A stretch of DNA of 63,287 bases, the filler included, from Squatina squatina (taxonomy: Eukaryota), in NCBI GenBank assembly GCA_031763465.1. It is 4 parts of 4 records of this genome, joined end to end, with 100 filler letters (N's around TTAATTAATTAA, not from the genome) between each part and the next. Parts side by side here need not be neighbours in the genome. Positions count along the whole stretch, not along the records: positions 17,319 to 33,130 come from JARFOE010000115.1; positions 33,231 to 49,082 come from JARFOE010000176.1; 2 more parts are not named here. One strand, given 5' to 3'. The notes below the pieces were generated by a model that was given only the letters and a program-made list of their open reading frames with translations, searched no databases and was not told the origin of the DNA. Of the stretch, positions 24,153-37,010 are shown piece after piece. The stretch's first letter is position 1, and each line of letters begins with the position of its first letter. Both the position numbers and the translations under genes were made by a program.

Positions 24153-26706
24153 ATCCCAAGGATCCTGCCAAGTAGTGAAAGATGCTTGCACAGCATCATG
24201 TACCCATGAAAGCGCTGCACAGCTTCTGAGCGGATGTACAACAGTGGGTAGCATGAGCGTGGATTTCAATGACACTCTCTGCCACAATATCCAAGAAGAA
24301 TTTTGTTCCATGCAATGCTTACTAGAGAGAGTGGCATTTCTAGAGACAACAAGAAGGTCTTTACCAGTCAATGTATTCCAAGTTAAAGCATTGACAGCTG
24401 GCTTTCAGATCTAAAATGGGGCGCAGTATACAACAGGTTGCTGATTCATTTGGGGAAAAGTTCCAAAGGTATCAGTTACCCTCTGGTACCTCACCAAGTG
24501 ATCATTCTTTATCTTTAGATGTGTGCTGACAAGCATTTGACTGCAGGAAGCAGAGGTAACTAGGAGAGGAAAATCTGGCTAATATTTCACCTCCCTAGAG
24601 CAGGTCCCTGGCAGTTTAGTGCCACAGTATGTATCCTTTTCCATGCTAGTTAATCTTGCCAGGGGTGCTTTATTTGGCAACACCAAGGGGCAGAGTTTGC
24701 TGATTGGTGTCAGGTGAGGTTCTATGTCTGATAGACAAGGACAGCACTTATGTACACAACTGATCAAAATTTCAAATATAGCTCCATCAATACATGAATT
24801 GTAAACCTTCCAAAGACGAATCTTAAAAGAAATCTAGATTCTCACTCAACTGCTAACAGGCATTTTGTTGAGCAGCAGATAATTTTATTTCTAAACTGGC
24901 TCTGAAATTTTCAGAAATCAGTTTCAAGTATTAGGTTGGCCTGAAGACAATAAGGAAACGTTCAACTGCTATTTAAAAACATTTTTTTCAACTTACCATT
25001 TACATTGCAGCTGAATTTTTATTAATAGCAATGCATTGCTATAAAGAGTCATTTAAAAGCCCCATTTCCTTGCCCTGTGTTTGTGAATGAAATGAAAGTG
25101 GTGGTGTTGTTGTTAGGAAGCATCTCTCATCAGCTGATGGGGGAGAGATAGGCTGCACGAAAATGGGCTTGATTAAAATGTTCGGACTCTCATTCTCCCT
25201 TCCTGCCTCTACCTTCCCACAGGCATCACTCGCAAAGAGCTCACGGCAACAAATCGACTGTTAAATCATTTTCCGATTCTTTTTAAACCTGAAACATGAT
25301 ATTCCTTTGTGCTCTAACAATGAATGTGCTCAAATAGAACATTCAGGATTTGCCATTTCAAGATTGAAATATCTATAAGTTTAAAGAAAAATCCATAGAC
25401 ATCCAAACAAAAATTTGGATGTACATTTAGCTAAGTACATACAATGGATTGTACCACAATAATTCACCTAGAAGACACCACAAAACTAGTCTCAAACACT
25501 GTACTAAATATATTTTGCTGATAGTAGACTTATACCTTTTTACACCAATTATCAAAACTTGTACGAATCCATTATTTGAACTATTTCATGGGAGCAATCT
25601 ATTTCTTTAATTTTTTTAAAACTCTGAATCTGCATTTTTGGGCCATTCCTTTTGATATATTTCAATTTTGCAGTTAATTGTAGAAAAATACAATGCACTC
25701 AATGTAGCAACTATTTCCAGAAAGTAATCTAGGACAGAGATTTCCATTCATTAAAAATAGTTATAGAATGGCTGATCATAACATTTTTAGAGAATTAATT
25801 TATCAACACTCTCGGTGCAGAATTTGTTGGTGGTTTACCCTGTAATTGGGATTTGGGAAATAAATACTTTGAAACAAATCTGCTTCTTATGAGGGAACAA
25901 ATTGCAAGCAGCGCAAGACTTCAAAATGACAAGTATACCAATGTGACAAAGACAGTTATATTTATAAGTTAGTCCTTTTGCTCGTATAATGCAAATTTAC
26001 TGTAACATTTAGGTTACATTGCTAAACACGCTCACATAAACTGAAAATTCTTGTCATGAACTTGATAAATTAAATTCCGAAGAAGTCATCACCTATAGGT
26101 TTGGGTAAAACCTAATGAAGTCTTGAATTTATTGAGGTCACAAGTCAATGTTTATGGGTCATCGTGTGAAACAAGAGCATCTCATGCATTGCAATGTATC
26201 CCTGTGAGAAACAACTGTCACAGCAAATCTCTACAATGAATAAGAATGGTATGGAAAATCACTGAGAAATAAGAGCTGCAGCAAGAGAAAAGATCAGCAA
26301 GTTGATGGGAGAATCTATATTATTGCACCAAGCCTCTGGGAGAAAAAAAAAGTACTGCTGCAAAAACTGAAAAAAAAAACTAGTATCCTGATGGATTTCT
26401 AAAAGAAAACAAGGCTATTACATTAAGTCACAGGCATGACAGGGTAGATGTTGCAAGGACAGCATCGCATCAAGTAATTGTGACAAGAGTATTATGGCAA
26501 CACAGGCAGATCACAGGGGCCCTCAGGAGGAAGAATGCCACGACTGTTGTGGTAAATTGCGGAGCAAATTTGAAAAGCAAAAAAATGGGAGTGGAAACCA
26601 AGACATNNNNNNNNNNNNNNNNNNNNNNNNNNNNNNNNNNNNNNNNNNNNNNNNNNNNNNNNNNNNNNNNNNNNNNNNNNNNNNNNNNNNNNNNNNNNNN
26701 NNNNNN

Positions 26707-26812
26707 ATATTACAATGGTGACTATACTTCGAGGGTATTTAATTGGTTGCAAAGCGCTTTGGGACATCCTGAGGTCTTGAAAGGCGCTATAGAAATGCAA
26801 GTTCTTTCTTTA
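26707..26812 (+). mobile_element. SacSINE1-like SINE 3' tail
   Basis: attacaatggtgactatacttc...aaagcgctttgggacatcctgaggtcttgaaaggcgctatagaaatgcaagttctttc resembles the tail of the copy at 13640. Confidence 0.7.
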
Positions 26813-29800
26813 TTCTTCTTAATTCTGTAGCTGCCCTTTAGTCACAATCCCTTTGAAATAAAATCATTCAGCCAGCCACTAGCTGCATTAGAAATGTAGA
26901 TATTCAAGGTTAAATTTATCTCACTACAGTGAACGTTATTAAAACATCAATTTTATGTGACAAAGTAGTACTTCTTGAGAGGATCATAAACTTAAACAGA
27001 TTCATATAAGTTTACAGAATCTTTTTCATTATTTGAATCAGACGTCATTTTTACCGAATATTTTAATAATTAAGATGCACAATTATAAAATACGTTTCCT
27101 TTATTAAGGGGAAGAATGTGGATAAGGAAGTAAAATAATTGAAACGATGAAGGAATAGCCTGCCTCTCGTGACTCCTACACTCTTTGGCTGTACAAAGAA
27201 CATTGAGAAGGCAAAGCGCTAGACACTCAATAACAGGAAGGGGGAGGCAAGGAAAAGAGTTAATTGGGCCTTTTCCACCACACCAGCATGGTCAGTGAGC
27301 CACAGATAAGGCTGGTTTTACTATTGATACCCCATTTGTCCCTTCCTCTTTTTCATTTTACACACTCTGTAAATGAGGCCATGACGAATGAGATTACTGT
27401 TCAACGCCCATGAATAATGACCTGTTTACACGGTTTATTCAGGAAGAATGGAATTAGGACTATTCATTTACATCCACTGCAACCTTGAAAACAAATACCA
27501 CAGCACGCTTCAATCAACAGTGCCTACATACACTAAAAATACATGATTTGCCAGCTACTTTAATCAATAGCAATTAAAATGAATAGGCCCATCTCTAGTC
27601 ATTCAGTTGAATTTTAAACCTGTGTACTAAACATTGCACTGTTTTCTGTTGGCATATTGATTTATAAAAAAGTATATAAAAATGCAAATAAAATGTTACT
27701 GAGAAAAAAGACTAGAATAATGAGGGTGACTGCGATAAAACACAACATTCATTCAGATAGAGGACTTTGTTCACCCACTTATGACCGCATGGAGTTTTGA
27801 AATCAATATGTAAAAATGGTATATTTTACATACGACATGTTCAAAAATCTACATTAATTAATTAAATTACTCAACAAACACCTAGTTAATATCCTACAAT
27901 TTTTCAAAAACTGATTATGGTTGGTAGGCTAGGAATAGATTTATCACAAAGAATAATCATTTTCAAATGTGATTTCTTAACAGTGTCAAACTGGTGTCAT
28001 GGCTTTCATATTGATACTATGCAGTAACAGCAACAACTATGAATTCTAATTTAGATCATGCATTTTCAGTGTATTTGAAAATTTGCCTTAAAAAGCTATA
28101 ATTAGCTGCTATTGTGTAAAGACATTCAATTATTTTTTAAAGCAAATTTGCCCTTTGGAGTGTGGTATAATATACATATATAATTTAGTGTCTTTTTAAA
28201 ACTTTTTATCAAAGAATAATGCTGCTANNNNNNNNNNNNNNNNNNNNNNNNNNNNNNNNNNNNNNNNNNNNNNNNNNNNNNNNNNNNNNNNNNNNNNNNN
28301 NNNNNNNNNNNNNNNNNNNNNNNNNNNCACACACTGTGCATGACAAAGTGCTGCTGTTTAGAGCAGCCACTCTACTGTCTCTGCTTAACCTTGCCATTAA
28401 AATGTCCATAATGATGGAGCCTCTGCCAACACCTTTGATGGGAGCTCAGATGGTTGCCATCACGGGCCTGGGATCCAGCTTCTCTTCTGGCCTTCAAGGC
28501 ATGAAGAAGAGCGTGGATTGGGGCTTCGACAGTGCCACATCACTCCTACTCTTTATTCTTGCATTGTACAGTGGGAGTGCGCAGTCCCAAAGCAGTGGCA
28601 TTGGCTCTATTGGAAAGGCACATGTTGTCCTCTCTCAGGAGGTCAGCATGCCTGCTCCCCCACCAGCCTCTCAACATTTAACATAATTGAAGAAAACCTT
28701 GGTACAATTGCAAACGTTTCAACACTTGAAAGTTTCCGACTGTCGTTTCAAATAAAACTATTACTATTGATAATATTTAAAACAATTTGAAATAAAACTG
28801 GATAAAAATGAGGGTCAGAATTTATTTTTGTTCTGATCGATTTTTCTGGTAGTAAGTGGATCAAAAGCCATGTTTATATAAATAATATGTAATTGGAAGT
28901 TTCACCTTCCGTTTGTTAGTCTTTGTCTAAAGATGAAATGGATAGCTTAAACATCCAAACACAGTAGCAGTACATTCTGTTTACCTGTCAGTTAACAATG
29001 CTTCTTCCCACCTGTAGGTTAATGGTTCAGAGGTGAAAGGTCAGTTCTGTCAACTCTTCCACAATAATTCTGGGAATCCTTGACGCTTAAACTTTATCCA
29101 AAAGTGTTGTACATGTACCCGTGGTTCTTTGCCACAGGTGCATGCTTTCATTGTGTCTAAATGTGACAAAGATCTTGGATATTTTTCCCCGTCAACATGA
29201 TGTTCCTTTGATGTTGACTGCTGCACCTCTTCTTGCAAGTTCCTGCCCTCTTAAAGCTTGGTTTATCAGAGTAAAATGCCTTGATCATTCAAAGGTGCAA
29301 ACAAAGGCTGATGGATCAAGAGTGTTTCGGTGTNNNNNNNNNNNNNNNNNNNNNNNNNNNNNNNNNNNNNNNNNNNNNNNNNNNNNNNNNNNNNNNNNNN
29401 NNNNNNNNNNNNNNNNNNNNNNNNNNNNNNNNNAAGACCCGATCCCCGCTCACTGATTGGCGTTGGCACAATTAGATTGGAAAATCAGGTCTCAGTGTGC
29501 AATAATATTGAGGTTCTAGTCCATAACACAATAATCATGGTAAGACAACAGTAAGAGAACTCTGTATCTGTATCAGTTCTACCATAAGGAAGAGATCATA
29601 TTGAACGACTGCTCCCTTCAACCTCATCATCCGTGAGCCCAGTCATTGGTGAAGAATCCCCAATTTCAGTAAATTTGATTTAACTGGTCTTCAATCAGTG
29701 TCACTGCAACAGCTCTAGAACTGCACCAAGGCTCCTCTAGCAGTGAATGATTTGTCATTAAAGAGAAAAACATACAAGATAAAATTTGTGAATCTAGCAA

Positions 29801-32800
29801 ATTACATAAATGTGAAATGAGAATAATGGACTTATCTTTCTCCAGCACCACCATACTAAGATTTAGAAATGTATCAATGAATCCTTCTCTTCCTCTGTGC
29901 TATTGAAACCCTTTTGTGTGACCTGCCAAAACATCAGTTCCCATATGTCTAAAAAGGGTCAACTGGAATGTGCATACCTCACCAGGTTGATGACAGGTAG
30001 GTTATATGCACCGGATGGAATCTGCCATCATTGCCTATTACAGTTTCAGGTGTAATGTTAATAAGTAGAGTTTTGCTTTGTTTATTATTTTTATTAAATG
30101 ACAAATTTATAATCCTTCCTAATAATACAAGTATAGATTATGACACATTTGCTGGACATTAAAACTATAATTGTCAGTTATTTTGTGTGTCTACAATAGA
30201 TACTTTTGTACTCCAATAAAATTGCAAAGTTATGGAACGGCTCAGTCCCTGAACCCTTCCCTGTTTCTTGGCTAGCGAGGTGGAGCTCTGGCTGCATGAG
30301 ACGGCTGGTTGCCTTGCTTGGCTCTTCAGGGCATTCTTCTCAGAGGCAAGTCACGCAGGAGGTGGTTATATACTGTATCTAAAGGACCTGGAAGTAAATG
30401 CAGAAGAAGATGGCACACCTTAATAAACTGTCACAATGCAGCTGCATAACAGGGTTGTATGCCATGTAGATGGCCCAATTATGCAAAGCATTGCCCGTCA
30501 ACTTGCTGCACCTTTACTCTTGGTCCACATCAACAAGGGAAATTAGGGATAGTGTCAAAACAAAAGATGAAGCATACAAGCTAGCCAGAAAAAGCAGCAT
30601 ACCAGAGGNNNNNNNNNNNNNNNNNNNNNNNNNNNNNNNNNNNNNNNNNNNNNNNNNNNNNNNNNNNNNNNNNNNNNNNNNNNNNNNNNNNNNNNNNNNN
30701 NNNNNNNNTGTGAGGCACCGGCTCCCGAGGGAGGTTTCGGGGCGCGGCGCCGATCAGGAATTCCGTCCGAACGGGGGTCAGTTCGCAGCACAAAGGACAA
30801 GTGTAGCAATGTCCCAGACCAGCTGTAACTTATGCTTTTAATAGGATGAATTCAAAAAGCAAACTAATTGCACATCACTCTGTATGTGGGAATTTCAAAC
30901 AGGCATTTGTTATTAGCACACCACCCATTCAGCACCTGTTTTCACCTTTTGGCCAAAGTAAGCCCCTCTCCTTCATGCACACCAGTTTTGATTGGGCTGA
31001 CAATTTACTCCTGAAATTTTAGGCACAACTGGACCCATTAAGGCGATTTTTTTTTTAAGCATTTATTTTTTAATTTCTCCTCGCTGAATCCTACAACGTA
31101 TTTTCTGCACCTTTGATGCATCTTCATGGCATTAGAATGATTTGAATCAAATATTGAATAACTTGCACAATTGCATTTTCTTAAACAAGCTGTGCCTAAC
31201 ATACATAAATGATGGTTTGATGGCTCAAATTTTAATTTTCATAGGTAAAAGGGGACTGTGACATAGGTTAAGTGCTTTCGGTGGGCCCCGATTGTTTAGG
31301 CTGATTTATACGTGTTTTACATTGGTTTTTACATACCAGCACATGCTAATGCAATTCTCACTGACAGGAAGATCAGTGTAAATTTCAGTGTAACTTGCTG
31401 ATTATGCCATTTCAGGAGATTCCCGACTAAAAGTTCAAACTGCTCCAAATATATCATGGAGCTCAAATAATTTCCCATCCACCATCATGGCCGAATTTCT
31501 GTTGCAGTCTCTTCTAGGAATGGAACTGCCCAAAAAACTCACCAAGACAACATCAGCCCTTAAACAGTGCAAGCAAATCGGGAAATGCTTTTCAGCTGCC
31601 CAACATGCAGGTCTGTCAAGAAAAACTACATTTTGCAATCTTTGCTTGTGAAAAGCTTTTTTTTTGATTCACACCTCCCTAGAGTAGCACATTACTGAGT
31701 GCACATCCAGGTGTTGCTGAGCTTTAACAGAAGAGCTCTTAAGGAATGAGTGGAATTCTCCTGCACTGCCTGCCACAGCTGTCACTGCCTTTTGTTTCCA
31801 TACATCCTCATATTCTGCCAGCTACAGCCATGTCCCATTTTTGAATCAATGACAGACAGCTCCCACAACTCGACCACCTGGCCTGTATCAATAGGCAAAA
31901 ACCACAAAGCCCTGAGGACCTGAGCCAGATGGAAACTAAAATTCAGCAGCAACAGTCATCAAAAGCACTTAAACATTACAAAGTTGTTGTAGTTGCATAG
32001 AGAAGTTTGGTATCATTTACTGACAGGTCAGCACTTTGAGGGGAGGTGGCTAAACCTGCAGGGGTTAGTGTTAACACTTTCTTACTAATAACCTATAATT
32101 ATGTAAACTCTGACAAATATCTTGCATGAATATAACTTGAGAAATGCTATTGTTGTGGAAAGGGATAACTAATACATTTCTTGTATACAAGCAAACAAAA
32201 GGGGTTTTGTTACGTGATTTCATGGGCAACACACTGAAGTATGCTTATGGTACAGCTTTGTAGGTCACCAAACAATTGTCAAAAACAATTTTCCAAGCAT
32301 GCATGATCTTCAAGATCATGAAGGGTGATTACTGCAAGTATAATGTTTCTTTTTAATAGCTGCCACAAAAAAAAATGTGCCAAGTTATTTTGCCACTATG
32401 CAACCAAAGCAACATTCTACTGTGCCNNNNNNNNNNATATTTTTCACTTTGGCCTATTTGTTTCACGCCCTTGTTTTCTCTCCCTTCTAATACAATTCTC
32501 TGAAAACAGAACTAGCTTACTCATATTAAATAGCTCAACTGCGCTTTTCACATAAAGTTTATAACTTGTCTAATTACGGGTTGAAAGATTTGTATCCACT
32601 TGTACACATTATAGCATGGAATCAAAACGCAGTGTTGCCATCTTATAATACACACTTTGAGTATGAAATTGATAACAGATAAAAGAATATTGTAGATTAA
32701 AGTTAAGATCTGAAAGACTAAATAGCCAAGGGTTAAAATATGATACAGTATTGTGTCGCTAATTTTCTTAGTGTTTTTAAACCAGGATTCTCAGTTGGGT

Positions 32801-33130
32801 GGCTCCTTGCTGCCTCAGCTCGCAACATAGCACAAATGGGTTTTAGATCCACAGCTGGTAAATGTCGAAGAGCACAGGCCTTTGCCTACCAGCATTCCCA
32901 TGTGAGATTCAACACTGGATAAATGAGTTGAACAAGGCAGGAGGAGCCTGCATTACTGCAAACTGTCTCAGCCTTAGGATCTGACTGCAAAATAAATCAA
33001 CTGTGTAGGTGATAAAAAATAGTGTTTTTTAAAAAACTAAGTAACATGAGGAAGCTATATTTTCAAACAAAATATAAATTTAATTAAAAAAACCTGCACA
33101 TGACCTCAAAAACTCCTATGTTGTAATCAA

Positions 33131-33230
33131 NNNNNNNNNNNNNNNNNNNNNNNNNNNNNNNNNNNNNNNNNNNNTTAATTAATTAANNNNNNNNNNNNNN
33201 NNNNNNNNNNNNNNNNNNNNNNNNNNNNNN
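33131..33230. other. Artificial scaffold spacer N44-TTAATTAATTAA-N44
   Basis: 12-mer at 33175-33186. Confidence 0.95.
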
Positions 33231-33747
33231 AGCAGGTTCGAAGGACCGAATGGCCCACTCCTGCTCCTATTTTCTATGTTTCTACCTGCACACAAAAAAA
33301 AGACTTAAATAACCCGAAAAATGAACAGATCCTCTAAAGTATTAACTTGGATTTCTCATGTGTAAAAATGCTAAGCAAATGGTTGCCAAACAAGAGGCTG
33401 TGCAAACGTAATCTATTCTTGGAGATAAATCAAAGTAGGGGTCAATTTGTCTCTTAAGTGCTACTGGTTTTTCCTTGACTAGACAGATAATATTTGGCAA
33501 ACAGCCAATACAACCTGAACCTTAAACTGCGAGTGATATCAACTCTAACAGATGGCGACACATGTGTGTACAGCAATAATTTGACCACAGGACTCGCCAG
33601 ACTCCAGTTGATTCAACTAAAACTAGAAATAAACATCTCCCTGAAATGCATTAGTACATCTTCTATGGGCCATGCCTCAAGGTATTAACTCTGTTAATGA
33701 GGATGGTGAGTTTCCTGAGGGTGCGCGATGGAACTCAGCGTACCTAC

Positions 33748-33893
33748 TTTCAGGGGATGCAGAAATGTTTGCGGTCCAGGTCTCAAAAACCAGCTCAATC
33801 CTCCTAGGTCTCCGAATGGGCATTGAACAGATTGCACATGCTCGGAAGAGTGCAGTTCGTGCCAAGTTGGGCAGGTGGCTGGGAAAGATTTTC
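33748..33893 (-). CDS. Possible internal coding exon, unassigned
   Basis: CCCTTAG acceptor (weak pyrimidine tract), 146 nt open as KSFPATCPTWHELHSSEHVQSVQCPFGDLGGLSWFLRPGPQTFLHPLK, donor AAA/GTAGGT. No homologue recognised, and a second frame is also open. Confidence 0.3.
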
Positions 33894-34493
33894 CTAAGGG
33901 ATGCTTTACATAAATGCTATTTTGGCTGGCACACAGATAAACAATCAAATAACAGCTGATTTTTGATTGAATATAACATTCCCTTCAAGGAATCAAACAA
34001 ATTGAGAGCCAGGACCTTCGCTGGCCAGGAAACTGTGTGTCACGGAACAAGTAGGACGGGAGTGGGATAATAGCACTCGACATTACGTCTCACAGATTGT
34101 TAATATGCCGATCATGTGCACATTGTGGATCTAATCTTTGCAGAGATCCAACCTCACTTATCCAAGAATAATTATGATTTTATTGTACTGCTGATTTATT
34201 CCTGCATGAATTAGACCTACCTGAACCGTACTGTTTTCCAATAAATTTTCATTTTTTAAAAAAAAGGCATATGTTAAGAAAGCAGGTGGTTAAATTAGTG
34301 CAAAGCTTCCTTTTAATAAAGGGGCTATTCAGTTAATGCAAGTGAATGATATTTTTATTGCCCGGGCAATTGAGAATCTGTAAGCAGTAATTGGTGCAGG
34401 AAATGGTCAAATAAAGGCCCTAACCAGGGGATATTTCAAGGTCTGTCAGACGTGGACAAACAGAATATCACAGCACTGAAAACTTCATTCATA

Positions 34494-34920
34494 GAAAGAA
34501 AGATTTGCATTTATATACTCTTCTTCTTAGGCAGCCCCTCAGAGTCGAGGATGACTTGCTTCCACTCCGGAGCTGTGGGACCTTTCATAACATCCCAAGG
34601 GGCTTTACAGACAATGGAGCATTTTGACGCATGGTCAATGTTGTAATGTAGGAAATGCAGCATCCAGTTTGGGGATAGCCAGGTTGCACATACAGCAGCA
34701 TGATAATGACTAGATCATCCTTTTTTTTTGTAGTGATATTAGTTGAGGGATCAATATTGGTCAGGATACTGGGAAGAATTTGCCTGAGCGTCTTGTGAAA
34801 TAGCGTGCTGGGATGTTTTAGATCTGCCTGAGGGGGCAGACGGGGCCTCGGTTTAACGTCTCACACCGGCAACCTTCTGACTCAGAGCCGAGTGCACTAC
34901 TCACTGAGCCACAGATGACA
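34494..34920 (-). mobile_element. Deu-domain SINE (SacSINE1-like) with a small nested insertion
   Basis: Shares gatctgcctgagggggcagacggggcctcggtttaacgtctca and the tail with the copy at 13640. Confidence 0.7.
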
Positions 34921-36085
34921 CCTCATCATAATTCGCCTGCGGTCTTCATGAGGAATGGGTTCTTCACTTTATTTTTGCGTGCTATTACTGAGAAAATATT
35001 GTCTGGACTGTATATTCCTTAATACAAATTCTGAAATATGATTCGGTGTGGCATTTAGTAATTTTCAGAGAGGTGCACAAAGCGCTTTAATTTATCTGTC
35101 CTCAGGACATCTCAAAGCACTTAGCAACCAATGTTTTATTNNNNNNNNNNNNNNNNNNNNNNNNNNNNNNNNNNNNNNNNNNNNNNNNNNNNNNNNNNNN
35201 NNNNNNNNNNNNNNNNNNNNNNNNNNNNNNNNNNNNNNNNTCAGTTGGGAACATTCATGCTTTTGAATCGTTTAGCTTGGTCTTAACCCTTGCTCCGCAA
35301 GGTTTAATTAAGGGCCCCCTTCATCCGCGCTGCCTCTGTTCAGGTCATTAAGCCATTTCCTGCAGTCCCCTTGTTGCGGTGGGTTTTATTTACTTTCCCA
35401 GGAATGTTGTGTGCCCACTTTGTGTAGGTGTATTGCTTTTTGAGTACATAATTACTCCTTTGGTTTTCAGAGTTTATTTCACTAAAGTAGAAGTCATGCT
35501 CCTTAGAACATGGCTTATGTCTTGATGGGGTTTCGCCTGCCATTTTGTTTGTATTTGTACCTTCAGCAGAAACAAAGTCTGCCCACTGATTAGCAAAGGT
35601 TAAGTGCTTTATTTCCTGTTATTAGCCTGTCGCATTTGCATGATTGCAGTCAAAATTCCATAGAATGAAGAAAAAAACGAATTTCTTCCCCTTTCTTTGC
35701 TGTCCCTCTCCAGAACGCACAAGCCTTTATTTTTTCAATGAAGTCTACTTCTCTGGGTCCCAGTACTGCTCCATGAACAGCCATTCTTCATGTGCAGGAC
35801 TAGACTAGAGTATCAGGCGGCTGTTTGGCCATGAGGAGCATCAGGGCCCAGTGCAATTTTGTCCTCGCTCGACATTTGCTTGCTCAAACTGTGCATGTGT
35901 GTCAGAGGATAATGATCAGGAGCACAAGCATAGATAGGGATGAGGAAAGTCTACCCTAGACTGGTAAGTGGCAGCCGTGGCTGAGTGGTAGCAATCCCAC
36001 CTTGAGTGGCGGGGGTGGGGTGTTGAACACACTGAACATTCCGCCTAGGCCCATGGTGCTCATTACAAACACTGTACAGTGTGAG

Positions 36086-36363
36086 TTCATAAGAACACAA
36101 AAAATAAGAGCAGCGTAGGCCATACGGTCTCTTGAGCCTGCTCCACCATTCATCTTCTACCTCAACTCCACATTCTTGCCCTAACCTCATATCCCTTGAT
36201 TCCCTTAATATCCAAAAATCTATCCAACTCAGTCTTGAATATATTAAAGGGCTGAGCTTCCACAGCCCACTGGGATGGAGAATTCCAAAGATTCACAGCC
36301 CCCTGAGTGAAGAAATCCCTCCTCATCTCAAATGACCGCCCCTTATTCTGACACTATGACCCC
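36086..36363 (-). mobile_element. CR1 LINE 3' end
   Basis: cataagaac...ataagagcagcgtaggccat...gagaattccaaagattcacagcccctgagtgaagaaat, same family as 11655 and 39925. Confidence 0.8.
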
Positions 36364-36749
36364 NNNNNNNNNNNNNNNNNNNNNNNNNNNNNNNNNNNNN
36401 NNNNNNNNNNNNNNNNNNNNNNNNNNNNNNNNNNNNNNNNNNNNNNNNNNNNNNNNNNNNNNNACTATGGGAATGCATCAGGATGGGGACCGGGCTCTAT
36501 AACGGGTAGGAAGGTTGACAAATAGACCTGTCGTGCTGCCAGGATGAGGCTTGAAATCAAATTAAGAGTAAACCTGACTCAAAAGAAGATGGATGACTTA
36601 GATTAAAGAGGCACTATCAGCAATCTGGGAAGTTTGCAATTGAATGAAGGACTTGCGGATGCATCAGAGGAGCGTCAGGTTTTCTTTGAGGGGGTGCAGG
36701 AGGGTGGGAGCCACAAGTTGAGAACAATCCATATAATGAGTATTTGAGG

Positions 36750-37010
36750 GTTGAGGGTTAAATGTTGGCCAGACATCAGGGAGAACACCCCTGCTGTTCT
36801 TTGAATTGCCCCATCTTTTACATCCACCTGAACAGACGTTTGGGACCTCATCGAAAAGATGGCATCTCCAACAGTGCAGCACTCCTCCCAACACTGGAGC
36901 ATCAGCCTAGATTTTTTTTTTTCCAACTCAAGTCACGGGACTGGAACCCACAACTTTCCAAATCTAAGGCGAGGGTGCTACCCACTGAGCCACTATCTGA
37001 CACAGGACTC
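36750..37010 (-). mobile_element. Deu-domain SINE (SacSINE1-like) including its tRNA-derived head
   Basis: ttttacatccacctgaacagac...aaagatggcatctccaacagtgcagcactcctcc...gaacccacaac...gtgctacccactgagccac. Confidence 0.75.
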
